DNA of 63,362 bases, filler included, from Nemertoderma westbladi (lineage: Eukaryota > Animalia > Xenacoelomorpha), in NCBI GenBank assembly GCA_032718475.1. It is 3 parts of 3 records of this genome, joined end to end, with 100 filler letters (N's around TTAATTAATTAA, not from the genome) between each part and the next. Parts side by side here need not be neighbours in the genome. Positions count along the whole stretch, not along the records: positions 1 to 27,736 come from JAUCBJ010005068.1; 2 more parts are not named here. One strand, given 5' to 3'. The notes under the pieces are model-generated. The model searched no databases. It was not told where the DNA came from and saw only the letters and a program-made list of their open reading frames with translations. How positions within the stretch are numbered: the stretch's first letter is position 1; the number at the start of each line of letters is the position of its first letter. Position numbers and translations under genes: made by a program. This document shows positions 12,691 through 24,966 of this stretch, one piece after another.

Positions 12691-12912
12691 ACGTTTGTTA
12701 CAGTCCCTATCTCATTATAGATACCGTTTCTCAAACTGGGTACCTTCTCTCTTACCTCACTCTTACTAACTCAAACTTGTCTGGTTTACTCAAACCCAAC
12801 TCAAACTCGCGTAACCCTCCATTGTGCACTGTGTAGCATTCATACAACAAGCTGTCTGTATGTTTAATTACAACTTTTTGTTGGGCACAGCTTTTGCAAA
12901 GTCGGCAATGAC

Positions 12913-12990
12913 GTCCAGGTGGGATCGAACTGGTGACCTCCGGGTGTATGTTTAATGGCCCACTCGCTTCTGTTATACTCTGCCTACGGG
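12913..12990 (-). mobile_element. Possible tRNA-derived SINE head
   Basis: Minus strand has B-box-like GGTCACCAGTTCGATCCC; A-box weak. Confidence 0.35.
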
Positions 12991-14590
12991 TTTGATGGTC
13001 TCCTGCTGTTATAAAATTCCCTTAACTTGATTTCTATGTGTGTAATTAACTCCGGTAGACAGCGAGAATTAACTTGCAGACTCAGTGACTCAATTTATTT
13101 TTAAATTTCAGAATAAAAAAATTATATGCTAAATTATTAAACTGAAGATTTATTAATTTTTTATTACATTTATTAAGTATGTATGACTCATAACATGCCG
13201 CCCCAATATTAGATTACAACAACAACATTTCCATTGGGTAAGAAAGAAAGTGGAGGAGAGACAGCCCGACTCTCAATTTTTTAGTTTATATTAGGCGATA
13301 AATTTTTACTCATCTCGTCATGAACCCAACATGTATGTAACCTTTTGTTAAATTTGTTGGCTATGCGTTTGCGGCAGTTTGGGCGGGGTGTGGTAGGCCT
13401 ACACTTTTCACACTGAAATATTTTGGTAGTGAAATGTTACAGGGCACAGCGATCAGAGATATTTCATATATATTTTATTATGAGAGGAAAAGGAACATAC
13501 AACGTTATTTACTATATATGCAACGAAATAATTGTTTTCGGGTTTAACTTGGAAGCCTCCCCAAATAGTTGACAAACAATTATATTTAAAATTATTTCCA
13601 TGGTCATGGTCATTCACCCGTCTTTAGTTAGAAATTTGTTTGCATGAAAGACAGTTTAGTTTAGTTTTTACTGATTTATTATCTCTTATCTAACTGGGGT
13701 AATTATAAAGGATAGGATAAATGGAAACAAAGTGTGGCAGTAACAAATATTTCCACTACAACCTAGCATGTCTTAAGTATATGATATATCAAAGGGGGAA
13801 GTTTGGATTCACTGCATAAATGCAGTCCACCAAACTTCCCCCGAATGCACACTGTAACTTCCCCCTTCCCCCAAATATCCACTTTTGAATTAATTTGAAG
13901 CGATATAATAAGTAAAAAATTGTGCGAGTTTTTAATTGTGTGGTCCATTTGTTATTTGATATCTATTTATTGTTTAAAGTGCATTTAATATCACACTGGT
14001 TTTGTAGAATATTACAACCTTATGTTTTATTAATTTACCCAATCGAAGTCTCATAAGGACTGGTTATTTGTACACATATCCTTAATGCGCTCAGTATGGT
14101 CCAAACAACATATTAATATGAAAATAAAGTATCTGCAAAAAAAAGAACCCAATACTATATAATTTGACCTTATTAAAAAATTTGCACTTTTGCACACTTA
14201 TTTGTACAAGGTGCACTTTATCAGATCGTAATGGTGGTTCTTATTTAACAAACTTATGTTTATCCTCTACCGATCTACGATGGTGTCAGTCGCTAAAAGT
14301 GTCAAAAATCCAATTTAATAAATCTCGACATCTGCGATTTTGGACCATATTCATGGACATTTTAAGTCACTTTATAGACATAAAAAGTTAAACAAATGTT
14401 ACGATTATAGTTAGAAATCACTCCAAACTACATTTTAATCCAAAAAATAACTTTCTACGATGAATAGAACTAGAAATAATAGTGTTTGAAATATATAAAA
14501 ATATGTACTTTTTAAGTGCACTTAAGTCTTTTCCCAAGTTGTATCATATTTCACACACTACAATCTATCCTCTATCCAATGAAAAATGTT

Positions 14591-17500
14591 TCAGATCAAA
14601 CGGCCCATTAGAACCGAAGTTATTGATGTGTCCGTTGTACCGCCGCTGTTTTTCTCACAGAACTGGCATCCGTCGAATTTGATGGACAGCTGCTGTCGCA
14701 ACTGTTTGGCTCTGATGGGTGTCAAAACCTTAGAGGTATCCGTCGGGGTCGCGTAGGTCACGACCTTTGCATTCGTCGGAAGTTGTTTAGCCCAAACTGG
14801 TGCCGTGATTGTGATCCCTTCAGCCGCTATATGATGGTCAGTATATTTTGAACTCGTCTTTACTACCACATCTCGTGAGATTAGCTTGTATATGTCCGTT
14901 AGTTTTAGAAGTCCACCAGCCTTTTTGTGCTGATACTCTATTTTGCGCCACTCTCGACACAGTCGATGATGGAGTCTGCCAATAATTCTAATTAGAACTG
15001 TTGGCGCGTTGGCGTATTCTAGTTGACCGATAGATCGTAATGTTCCTATAGCGTTCTTTACCTCGTCCGCTAATCGTAGAAGATCAATAGGTTTTGATAC
15101 GGGTCCTCCTCTACAGAGGTCTTCTATTATTAATTTAGCCATACATACGTTACTGTCGTATATGGAAAATAAGTGGTCATACGCTAGCTCAAAAGCGTCC
15201 GGAAGTCCTGAAGAGTACCTGAAGTAGGTAGTTAAACTTTTCGGTGGAGGTGAAGGCACACACCGTAATTTGGGACTCCATGTAGTCGACCAATGTATGC
15301 CAGTGCTTCGCGTTACCTGAAAACTTCGGCGGTTGTTGTGCTGGTAATCCATGTCTAGCCACGAAATTTGCGATCTCATTGACGACATCTAGTTGTCCAC
15401 ATCCCTGTCCAGTGATGGTATTCAGACCACGTGGAGTTGCCAGACTGCGTGGCCTGTCCGCATGGAGTTCGCCAATATGGATCATAACCGAAGGGATCTT
15501 CTAAAGGATTTGGGGTTTGTCGTACTTCTGGTTCTCTATAAGGTGGTCATTGTGGTTGAGGTTGGAGGTGTTCTAAATCTACGCTGGCTCGTGAATGATC
15601 CGAAGGTGGCGCTTCGAACCATTCTTCAATTTGAGCCAACCGGTCCACTACAGGTCGCATCATCTCAGTGAGTTGTCTAGCACTAATCACTTCTACTGGT
15701 TGTGATGTAGGTTTCTGTACGGGTATTTCGCGTGGAGGATTGTCGATATACGGCACAGGTTCATTGATCTCTCTGGCTCGCGTTTATAATCACCTGCCGC
15801 TCCAGTATGGAATATATCCCTTTATGTAGACTCTGTATCGCTCGATGAGTCGCTGTCGTCGTGATATGCTGGCTGGCGGATTCGCGTTCGGCGTATTATT
15901 CTAGTCGTTCGGGTTTGTTTTGGTTCGACATCCACTGTTCTTCGTCGTTCGGTAGGCTCGCAAGTTTTCCATGAAGTCGTAGGTTTCGATAAACGCGGTT
16001 CAAACCTGTGGGTACTACCCACATCTACGGTTCTTCGTCATTCAGTAGGCTCGCAATCCTTCCACGAAGTCGTAGGTCTCGATACATATTGAGTGAGTGG
16101 TCGAGTGAATGTGTTGGATTTTGGACGTACTGTTGGTCTATAAATAACAGGGTTCGCGCAGCACGTGACAGGTTTAACTGGAACCGGTTTACTCACCTGT
16201 TTTATTGTCATAAACGCAGGATCATCTCTCTTTACAAGTAAACTACGGTTTATAGTAGGTGGACTACTTACCTTACCTGCTAAAATCAGCGATGAAGTCG
16301 CTCGTGGCTGTGGAACTGATTCTGGTATAACAAACCTGTTACCTTGAGTTGCATGCACAGGCAATATTTCTTTCGGCTTCGCAACTATAATAGGCTTTAC
16401 CGGAGTCGTCTACTTGAGCATAGGAATAACTTGGGGAAAACGCTGACAATAGTCCTCGACGTCGAGTTCGAAGTCTTCCTGAGCGTTTGCCAACTTGCGC
16501 GACCTACGATTGAGTTCAAACTGGAGTTGTATCTCTCTTTCGCGTCGGTCGACCTCCTGTTGTTGCGCAGCTAACTCCGCTTCATGTATGGCTAAACGAG
16601 CTTTTATTTGTTGTACTTCTAACTTGGCATGAGTATCGGAAGCTGCTTTGTCTCTCACTAACTCGGCTGCTGCTGTTTTTCGCGCTAACTCGGCTGCTGC
16701 TGTCTGTCGCGCTAACTTGGCTGATGCTGTCTGCCACGCTATATCCTCCTCCAATTTCCATATCTCTGACGTTTCAAATTCGGCTTGGGCTTGGAGTTGA
16801 GCAATTTTCGCTTCATCCTCCCTACATTGTCTCTCTCCCCCGACAGCAGCCTGCGCCGTTAGTAGTTGCACCTCCTCTTCTGCAACTTGTTGTTGGTGTG
16901 TGATCTCCTGTTGCTGCCGAGTAATCACTGACGTTGTCTGACTAACATCACCAGTCTCACTTCGTAGACTGACAAGAGATCTATCCATATGTAGGTTTTG
17001 GTAGGCTCACGAGCCTTCCATAGCGAGAACTCCTGTCATTTCTCCCGGTACAACCTCCGGTTCATCGATCGGTACGCTGCAACTACAGAGAAAGTCGGTA
17101 AGTGCTTCTAACTTCGGCTTCGGGTTGTAACAATGCGTCCGAAACTGAATCACCTAACAGTTGGTCGAGTTGTTCCCTTTGGGTCGATTCTACAACCAAC
17201 TTAAACTGAATGACACTTTCCCTAGCACTTACTAATTTATCTATTATTTTTACCTGGGTAAAATTGTCACCACATAACTCCGCTAATTCGTGTAAACTTC
17301 GGAGTTTATTTACGGAGGTATTTACCCTACTTTCTACTCTTACCTATAGGGCGTAAAACTCATATCTTGACATCGGAGCCATAAATTCGTGCATGACACG
17401 AAAACCTTCTCTGATATTTCGAGAAATTTGAGCCATGTGTCCTCCTATGCTCCTAATAATGTTCTCCTGGCTTCCAGTCGAACTTGCCATGTCTGGTTCC

Positions 17501-17718
17501 TGCGATCTGGTTTGCGGGATGGTAAGGAAGTCTTCGGTTCTACCGTCGCCTCGCACTACGGCTTCCAGTGTTTCCGTTGGCGGTACTAGCGACGCACATG
17601 GTGTGACATTGGTAGAATCGTGAGTCCTCCTTCTGGGTTCGTCCACATTTGATCTGTCTGTGTCACACGAGTCATAGTCGGTAGGTGGGTTTCTCTTTGA
17701 GTGCTGTATGTCACTCAT
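14591..17718 (-). mobile_element. BEL/Pao LTR retrotransposon gag remnant (coiled coil plus DUF1759-like domain), frameshifted and 3'-truncated
   Basis: LPAQQPPKFSGNAKHW...EKFNYL, DLLRLADEVKNAIGTLRSIG...IIGRL...REW, CQFC knuckle start; coiled coil 16410-16988. Confidence 0.8.
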
Positions 17719-18574
17719 GTAGGTATTATATACGTCAAGTATAGATAATAATAATTAAATGTCAAATCTCAAAATTTCAAAACTTACCTTGTATATATAT
17801 ATATATATATATATATACCCGAACCTGTACAAATAATATCACAAATATAGTATATAATAAGAATTGATAATTTAGCCTACCAGCTAAATCTGTACCAATA
17901 AGTGGGATAGCGGCATACGCTATCAAAATAAATCAACAAGTACGAATAATAAGACAAACAGCAACGACTAGGGGAAAATATAAATATAAACAAATCAGAC
18001 GAGAACTGTTCCGTTCTCAGCGTTGCGGACGAATCTTTTACTTCCCAAACCTACTGAAAAACGGTCTGATCCCCGAGGCGGTCCAGAAATGAGTCCTGAG
18101 TCCTGAAAAATTGAAGGTGAGAGTTTTATGGACTACTCCTACAAAAAAAATTCCTAAGGTACCGATACTAACTGGTCTTAAAACCCTAAGTACCTTTTCG
18201 AGTACCAAAAAAAAAATAACACTGTACACACACACGGCCTAAAGACAAAATAAATTTCAAAATTAGTATATAGCTAATCAAATACAAAAAAAAACTATTC
18301 TAAATTATACTGAAATTAAGTAAGTTAACATCACGATTTACTGTAAAGCACGTAAGTGCTTTACAGAACGTATGTAAATTGTACAAATTCCAGGCCCACT
18401 AATATTTAATACGCCACGATTTACTGTAACATCCAGCAATAGCTGTACACAATCTATTGTAAAGTACCAATGCAGTAGTCGGGCCTAATAATAGATACTA
18501 AAAGTACACAAACCATTGCTGGCGAGATCGGTGCCTGATGTCTTCCACTAAACTTGGGCGAATCAATTGCCCAG

Positions 18575-18895
18575 CCAGCGAGAGCCCGCTGCTCTCGTCG
18601 AGTTAGTCTACCTTCCTTCATGTTGTTTGTTCCTGTTGGTTTTCACTCTAGGTGGGGGCCATGGAGCGGTGTAATGAGCCCGCTGATCTCGTCGAGTTTG
18701 TCTTCCTTCCTTCATGTTGTTTGTTCCCGATGGTTTTCTTTCTGGGGATGGCCCTGGAGCAGTGTAACAAGCCCGCTGCCATCTCTAGTTGGATTTCTCT
18801 CCTTCATGTTATCATTGTTCCATTGAGTCTTCATACCAGGAATGGCCCTGGAGTGGTGTAACAAGCCCGCTGCCATTTCCAACTTGATTTCCCAA
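18575..18895. repeat. ~94-bp tandem repeat, ~3.3 copies
   Basis: GCCCGCTG cores at 18584, 18678, 18771, 18865; CCTTCATGTT shared by the first three copies. Confidence 0.8.
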
Positions 18896-19524
18896 CAACC
18901 TATCTACAATATGTTTGTCCCAAGGATGAAATATTCACACACCTGATGAAAGTTAAAAATACTGAACATCGTTGATACTATTCCTGAATGGAACTTCGGT
19001 TCACCCAACATGGATCTTTGTAACTGATGTGTTAAAGCTGTGAGGGGCTTACACTCATGTATGTTATGATAGCCTGGGGGCTTAAAATACCCTATGATAG
19101 CCATGGGGGCTTAAAAACCTAATGATAGCCGCGGGGGCTTAAAAACCCAATGATATATCTGAGAAAAGAAAAGACCAAAAAAAGGCGTATAATGAGATAA
19201 AAAATAATATAAAAATGAAAATAATGAAGTGAAAAAGATAATGATAAAAAAGATAAAGAAATAAAGAATTACTAAAGAATGGACAAAAGAAGTCATAAAT
19301 AAAAGGACATCAAAGTCATTTTGAATGTTAATTGAAAGCTAATGAATTAATGTGGAAAGTACTACTGGCCTACAAACCAGCAATATACCTAATTCAGCAA
19401 TGCATAACAGGAAAGACAGTTGCTGTGGAATCAGTATTTTCCAGACCTTTGATTTCTGGATTTTGTAACTTTCCTATTTTCACCTGCAACAAATTAATGG
19501 AATTAATTACTGAATTACGTAGCT

Positions 19525-22089
19525 ATGACAGAAACATTACTGCACAAATTATTCAATATTAAACTATTACGATATCACCAGCCTGGAGCGGAGGACTTTA
19601 AACAACATTGGAAAGAGCGACTAGCGGAGAATGTTCGAGTGCTAAAGATCACCGGTCGAGAGGGTATCGATAGGAGGAACTTGCACGCCCTGAAACTTTC
19701 TGGAGCTAGTACGAGTCTGAAAAGGACTCAGAAAGTAACGGAGGTGGATGGGCAGTGCTCGTTCTGGGAGGCCTTCAAAGGAGCCGTTGATGAGACAAGT
19801 TGCATTATCCACGACAACGAAGGGATGTCGACCGCGGTTTCGAAGGAAGTCTAACTTAGGCGCTACCAGGAGTTCGTCGACAGTCACCCGACGCTACTCG
19901 ACTACTACGGCGACCTTCGACAGTCAGAGGTGTTGTGTTCTACGCGGGTAGAACATATAAGGTCTATGGAACCCTACCAGGCGGAGTACAACTCACAGAA
20001 CACTGGTCGATCAATGGTTATAATATTCGGCAACCTCGTGGGTTTAGTTTTAATCTGCCAAATTCCTCCACAATCCGAAGATAAACTGGTCAGAGCGTTA
20101 GGGATCATACCCTCGGATATTAGAAACCTAATACTGCACGATGGGATCATCAAGATCGGCTCGGATATTAAGAGCGACCTACATAGCGACTTTATCGGTG
20201 CTCCGAAAGATCGCAAACGGAAACTGGATGTCCGCGCCCTAAACAAATTCGTTGATACGCAAGTGTTTCTTGCCTGGATGAGACACAGTAACTGTATGCA
20301 ATCGTTCCGAGACATTAAGAAGAATAAATCCAGCTTAGGGTATCTAGCTGTACTGAATGGCGGTATCGATTTCAAACCCTTCCGGTTCCAGGAATACCTT
20401 AAACTCTATCTCGGCCATGATGACCTATACGTCTCATCCAAGAGAGACCAGCGTTGGTGCGATGTAGAGTGATACTGGTCAATGTACCCCAGAGAACGAC
20501 ACTACATATATGTCACCATTGAGTCGTTCACTGTTGGGACCTTCTTTTGTTGAGCATTGAAAACCTAATCTGGATACAACCCCGATCGTTCGACAAATGT
20601 AGCTTGAAACAGGTTGCGATCACGCCTTCCAAGCGGTTATCGACATCACACTGGGAGAAACCCAGACAAATAAACCCCAGGAGGTATGGGATAAACATGG
20701 GCCGAGAGAAATCCAAACCATGGACCAACGCCTTCCACCCAAATGCCCGGAACAGAGGTCAGATGAGGTGAGCCTGCAGCTGATCCTTTCGATGTAACAT
20801 CAGCTAAGCGAATATTCATTTCCAAGGGGAACGCCGGCAACGGATTTCATAGCCCGGCGAGATCCACCAACAACGCACAAGCGCTTGATGAGTTTAAACG
20901 GCAATGTAAGACTATGTCGCCCTACCGGCTACTGGAAGGAACGGGATAGGACGCGGCAATGCCTAGCACGAGCCGTCAGGATATAGAACCGGTGACGGTC
21001 CACGAGGGGCCTTTCCTACCACCGGCCCCCGAGGATATACTTGGTGTTTCTTGGATGGTTTCACCAATGGTAAACATTGGATTAAAGAGGCCATTATTGC
21101 CGGAACCCGTAACTGCCGAGGTGCCGCGCGACCCGATGAGACTCACATATTGGTATTTAGAACAAGCCAAATAGATACAGAGACAAACTGGTTCGAACCA
21201 ACTTCGACCAGCATCCTTCCAGATCGGTTTCCATAGCGACGAACAGATACGGAGTAGTCAAGCATATACCGGGATTAGCAAGAGTGTTCCGATTAAATGG
21301 GGGGATCGGAAACTAGTCTTCCATCCGAACGATAAACTTCCGATCTTTCATGGAATGCTTGAAACTTGGGATATCTGCTATAGTTGCAGTTCTACACAAT
21401 GTCAATGTTTCACAAAGGGCTGGATCGCCGAACAATGCTTATCCATCCTAAGCATGCTATACTGCATGTATTGCGCAAAGTCGGGACACGATACAAAGGT
21501 TTGCCCAGTTCTCTGCAAGATTTGTAGTTCCTGTGGCTTTCGTGGTTATGCTACCGGGGGCGAAGCCAACATCTCATGTCGGGCTAAAGATAAACTCACT
21601 ACCGCGAATATGGTTGCCGTAATGTTTGAAACGTTCGCTAGTTCCCATCTAAAGACCCAGAACTGGTATAGTTTAACAAACGTCGGGAAGGACATGGCGA
21701 CGGGATATTTCACCTTCTTGGAGGTGTTGGTAAAGAAGAGGAACCTCGCCTTTAGCTACCAGGATCTCATTATTTCCGCTTTATTATTCGGACCGACGGA
21801 AGTTATACGGCGTCTCTATTCATACCGAGAGGAACTGGGAGATGACCAATGGTTCCTTATCGCCCAGAAAGGAGAACTCGATAGACGCGTCGATCATACA
21901 CCATTGCCTCCCGAGAGCCGCGAGACAAGGAGACAAGCGATGATGGCTACTGCAGTTTCCGACAAGCCTCTACCGGCGGCAGCACTCGATGAGGGAGATG
22001 GGCTAAGAAGAGGAAGACCTATAGAGAGAAGCACTCCAAATAGAACTCCCATGGAACATTGTACCATATATTTAGGATTTCATATATAA
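19525..22089 (+). pseudogene. Decayed intronless ORF: DEDDy (WRN/Mut-7/EXD-like) 3'-5' exonuclease plus Cys/His zinc-knuckle cluster
   Basis: ORFs at 19525, 19930, 20959 and 21355 share one frame separated by stops; ExoI IIHDNEG, IPSDIRNLILHDGIIKIGSDIKSDL (ExoII), FVDTQ, KSSLGYLA...GIDFK, WSMYPRERHYIYVTIE (ExoIII-like); CMYCAKSGHDTKVC is CX2CX4HX4C. Confidence 0.72.
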
Positions 22090-22399
22090 TAAACAAACTC
22101 TAAGACTAAATAATAATTAAATAAAAAACTGATTAAATTATGGGAAATGCCCCCCCCCCCCCCCCCCCGCAGATCCAGAAATGACGCTGAAAAGGGTCAT
22201 TTGGGGGGAGTGTTCGCGTTATTTTCATCCTGGCCCCGGGTACCCACCGAATCATAAACTCATTCCAAACGAAAATTCCAAATATACCCAGGCATGGTGG
22301 GCAAAAAACTAGAAGTAATAAAACCCAAAATTATTCGATTACGAGCTGTTTTCCATGAAGACTGACTATCAAATTGTCACCTTTCCAAGGTTAAAAGGT

Positions 22400-22980
22400 G
22401 GCCCTGCCCTGAAAGCGTGAGCCTGAAAAGGACTCGGAAACAAGCAGACCAGGAGGCCACACAGCGGGAAGAGAACTGGACTTTGGACCGCCTGAGCAGT
22501 ACACTAGTTCACTGTGCGTAGTACGAGCCTGAAAAGGACTCGGAACCAATCGGCATAGCGCTCCGCAAAGGACCCACACTGACGGAGCGGGGTTTGCGAT
22601 CTACGGAGTTATTACGAGCCTGAAAAGGACTCGGAACGCATCGGAAAACCATATTTCCTCACTCGACTGACAGACATCGACGGACGGAGTGGTTTGCAGT
22701 CTACGGAGCTAATACGAGCCTGAAAAGGAACGAAACGGAAAACTGCATCCTCTCACCAGACACTACGGATATTAACGGATGGAACGACAGGTGGCTGACG
22801 GAGCTATTATGAGCCAGAAAAGGACTCGGAATGTAAAGGAAGCTGTCCATCCTCACCCGACACCGATCAGACAGAGCAGACTGCAGTCGACGGAGCTATT
22901 ACGATCCTGAAAAGTACTCGGAACGTGACGGAAGCTGTAGCCCCTCGCCAGACATGACAGACACCGACTAGACATGGGTA
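22400..22980 (+). repeat. Six-unit array (period 91-106 bp) with conserved core GAGCCTGAAAAGGACTCGGAA
   Basis: Cores at 22419, 22525, 22616, 22716, 22811, 22903. Confidence 0.85.
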
Positions 22981-23224
22981 TCAAACGTAGCTGGGGTGGT
23001 TAAAATCATATAAAGTAAATCTGTCGTCCTATAAAGTAAATACTAAATAAATTGTTTGTACTGTAGGTTTATTACTGATGTATGTGTTTATTCAAATTAT
23101 TTGGTGTATGGGAGCCCAAAATTATTTAGAATCAGTTCGTCTATAAGGAATCAGTTAGCAGCGAATAAATTAACATTCAAACCAAACGATTCTTTTTTCA
23201 CGACCTACATTACAAATCCCAAGT

Positions 23225-23370
23225 TTCCCCAACACCAATAATTCCGGTGAATAGTATTTCGGGATCCAGCACAACCCCAGGGAACTTACATCGGCCTCCA
23301 TTCCCTTGATTCGGGAACTGATGGCAACAACGCTCTCACCACACCGAAGGCGGCGTACAAGAGAAACTTT
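23225..23370 (+). mobile_element. Possible retroelement aspartic protease remnant
   Basis: PIIPV...GTYIGLHSLDSGTDG (DSG at 23308-23316), frameshifted. Confidence 0.35.
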
Positions 23371-23973
23371 ATGCCCCCCCCCCCCCCCCCCCTTTACTAA
23401 TCTCCCCACCGCAGTGTGAGCCAAGGAAGTAAAAAACGCTCGGTTGGACTGCCGAGTTGTTGGGAGACCTATGCCAGATCTCGCTTGGTACCTCAACGAC
23501 AAACTGGTTGGTAGATATTATGTTTGATACAGTTTATTCATATATATTTTGCTTCTTGCATGACCAGAATTTTTTTAACTTGAATCTAACAATAGTGGCA
23601 CATTTGCAATTTGGAAAAACATGTGGCACTTTTCCACCAATTTATTAGTCCACTGTGTACTTGGTTTTACCCTGCAGAAGTGTTTTTCTCAAGTGACGCA
23701 AAGCTACATGACTATAGCAAAGCTGCATGAAAGCTACATCGACCTGTACTATGATGCAATGGCAACACTTTTCATTGTTTTCCTGGTAACATTAAGATCT
23801 AAACTAAAAGTTAGAGAGAGTCGTTACTAGAACTAATACCATAAGGACGTAATAATTGAGTGATATAATGTGTTTATTATTGCTTTCAATATTGTTAAAT
23901 TAACTTAATTGTTAAATTCACTGTAAAATATAATTAAAGCTGTTTTTTGTCTAAAGAAAAATGTTGTTAATCT

Positions 23974-24966
23974 TTACATCGATAAAAATTTGTTCCGAAT
24001 TTCAAAAGCAACTTGCTTTTGGTTGGTTGACTCCAAAGCCTTAACGAATACACGGAAATCGTTAAGTGTTTTCATCTTCATAATTTCAATTAGCTCAATA
24101 TTTTTGTCTTGGTTGGTTCTACGTGTGCTGACCAATTCGGTTTCATGTGAATCCAACACACCACTGCTCTGGAGTATAATAAGTAACTCGTCGGCCTCCA
24201 TATTCGCTACCAACATGGTTGTTAGGTTTGTTAGTGTTGCAACATGCTTTCTATTCTGATGAGCTGAGACCACCGGGTCACTATCCAACCTCCCTGACCC
24301 CCCTTCGAAATCTTCACTTCCCCTATCTATACTTCCTGTTGCCCCATAGAGCGCCTTCCCTGTTGCTGACAGCGGTGGCAGCACCGGTGGCTGCGCCCAA
24401 CGTGACCAACCATGTGGTTGCTCTACTGGTGGATACGACCGTGGGTGCGCCCAACGTGACCAACCATGTGGTTGCTCTACCGGTGGATACGACCCTGGGT
24501 GCGCCCCACTACTACCATGTGATTGCTGTGCCGTCTGTTGCAGCTTCCCCAGTGGGTGTTCTTTTCCATTCCTAGTCGGATCATTCTCAAGCGTACAATT
24601 CAATTGAGATTGATCTTTGTCGATTTGGTTGAGTGCTTCGTAGAACTTAATAACGTCGTCATGGTTTTGAAATCCAATGAAATAGTTATAGGAGTTAATT
24701 TTTTCTATGTTTACCCAATGGTAGAAGTCCATAAAAGGGTAATCACGAGCTCGTATTGAAGTCTTGTGCTGAGGATCAAATCTCACAATTCTTCCTTGAT
24801 TTCTTGTATGTAGTGTGTGCCAATTAAGGGACATTCTTCTACCATCGAAGGAAATCGTCAATGGCGGGTCACGAATTTTCAAAACTCTGTAATGAGTTCT
24901 ATTAAAAGCTAAAATTAATCCCGCTGTATCCGAAAGGGTATCAGAATAGTTGCTTTGGGTGGCCAT
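23974..24966 (-). CDS. 330-aa protein: N-terminal EVH1/WH1-like (PH-fold) region, Pro/His/Trp repeat linker, C-terminal CARD/death-fold domain
   Basis: Intact ORF from ATG 24966; FYHW...YFIGFQNHDDVIKFYEAL resembles EVH1 C-terminus; LVANMEADELLIILQSSGVL...TNQDKNIELIEIM...FRVFVKALESTNQKQVA fits CARD; TTTATAG acceptor just upstream suggests an upstream intron. Confidence 0.75.
   Translation of the reverse strand: MATQSNYSDTLSDTAGLILAFNRTHYRVLKIRDPPLTISFDGRRMSLNWHTLHTRNQGRIVRFDPQHKTSIRARDYPFMDFYHWVNIEKINSYNYFIGFQNHDDVIKFYEALNQIDKDQSQLNCTLENDPTRNGKEHPLGKLQQTAQQSHGSSGAHPGSYPPVEQPHGWSRWAHPRSYPPVEQPHGWSRWAQPPVLPPLSATGKALYGATGSIDRGSEDFEGGSGRLDSDPVVSAHQNRKHVATLTNLTTMLVANMEADELLIILQSSGVLDSHETELVSTRRTNQDKNIELIEIMKMKTLNDFRVFVKALESTNQKQVAFEIRNKFLSM

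Noticed and set aside
22400-22980. CRISPR array or hammerhead ribozyme tandem
   Set aside because: Eukaryotic context, spacers mutually related, no cas genes; CUGANGA core absent before the stem
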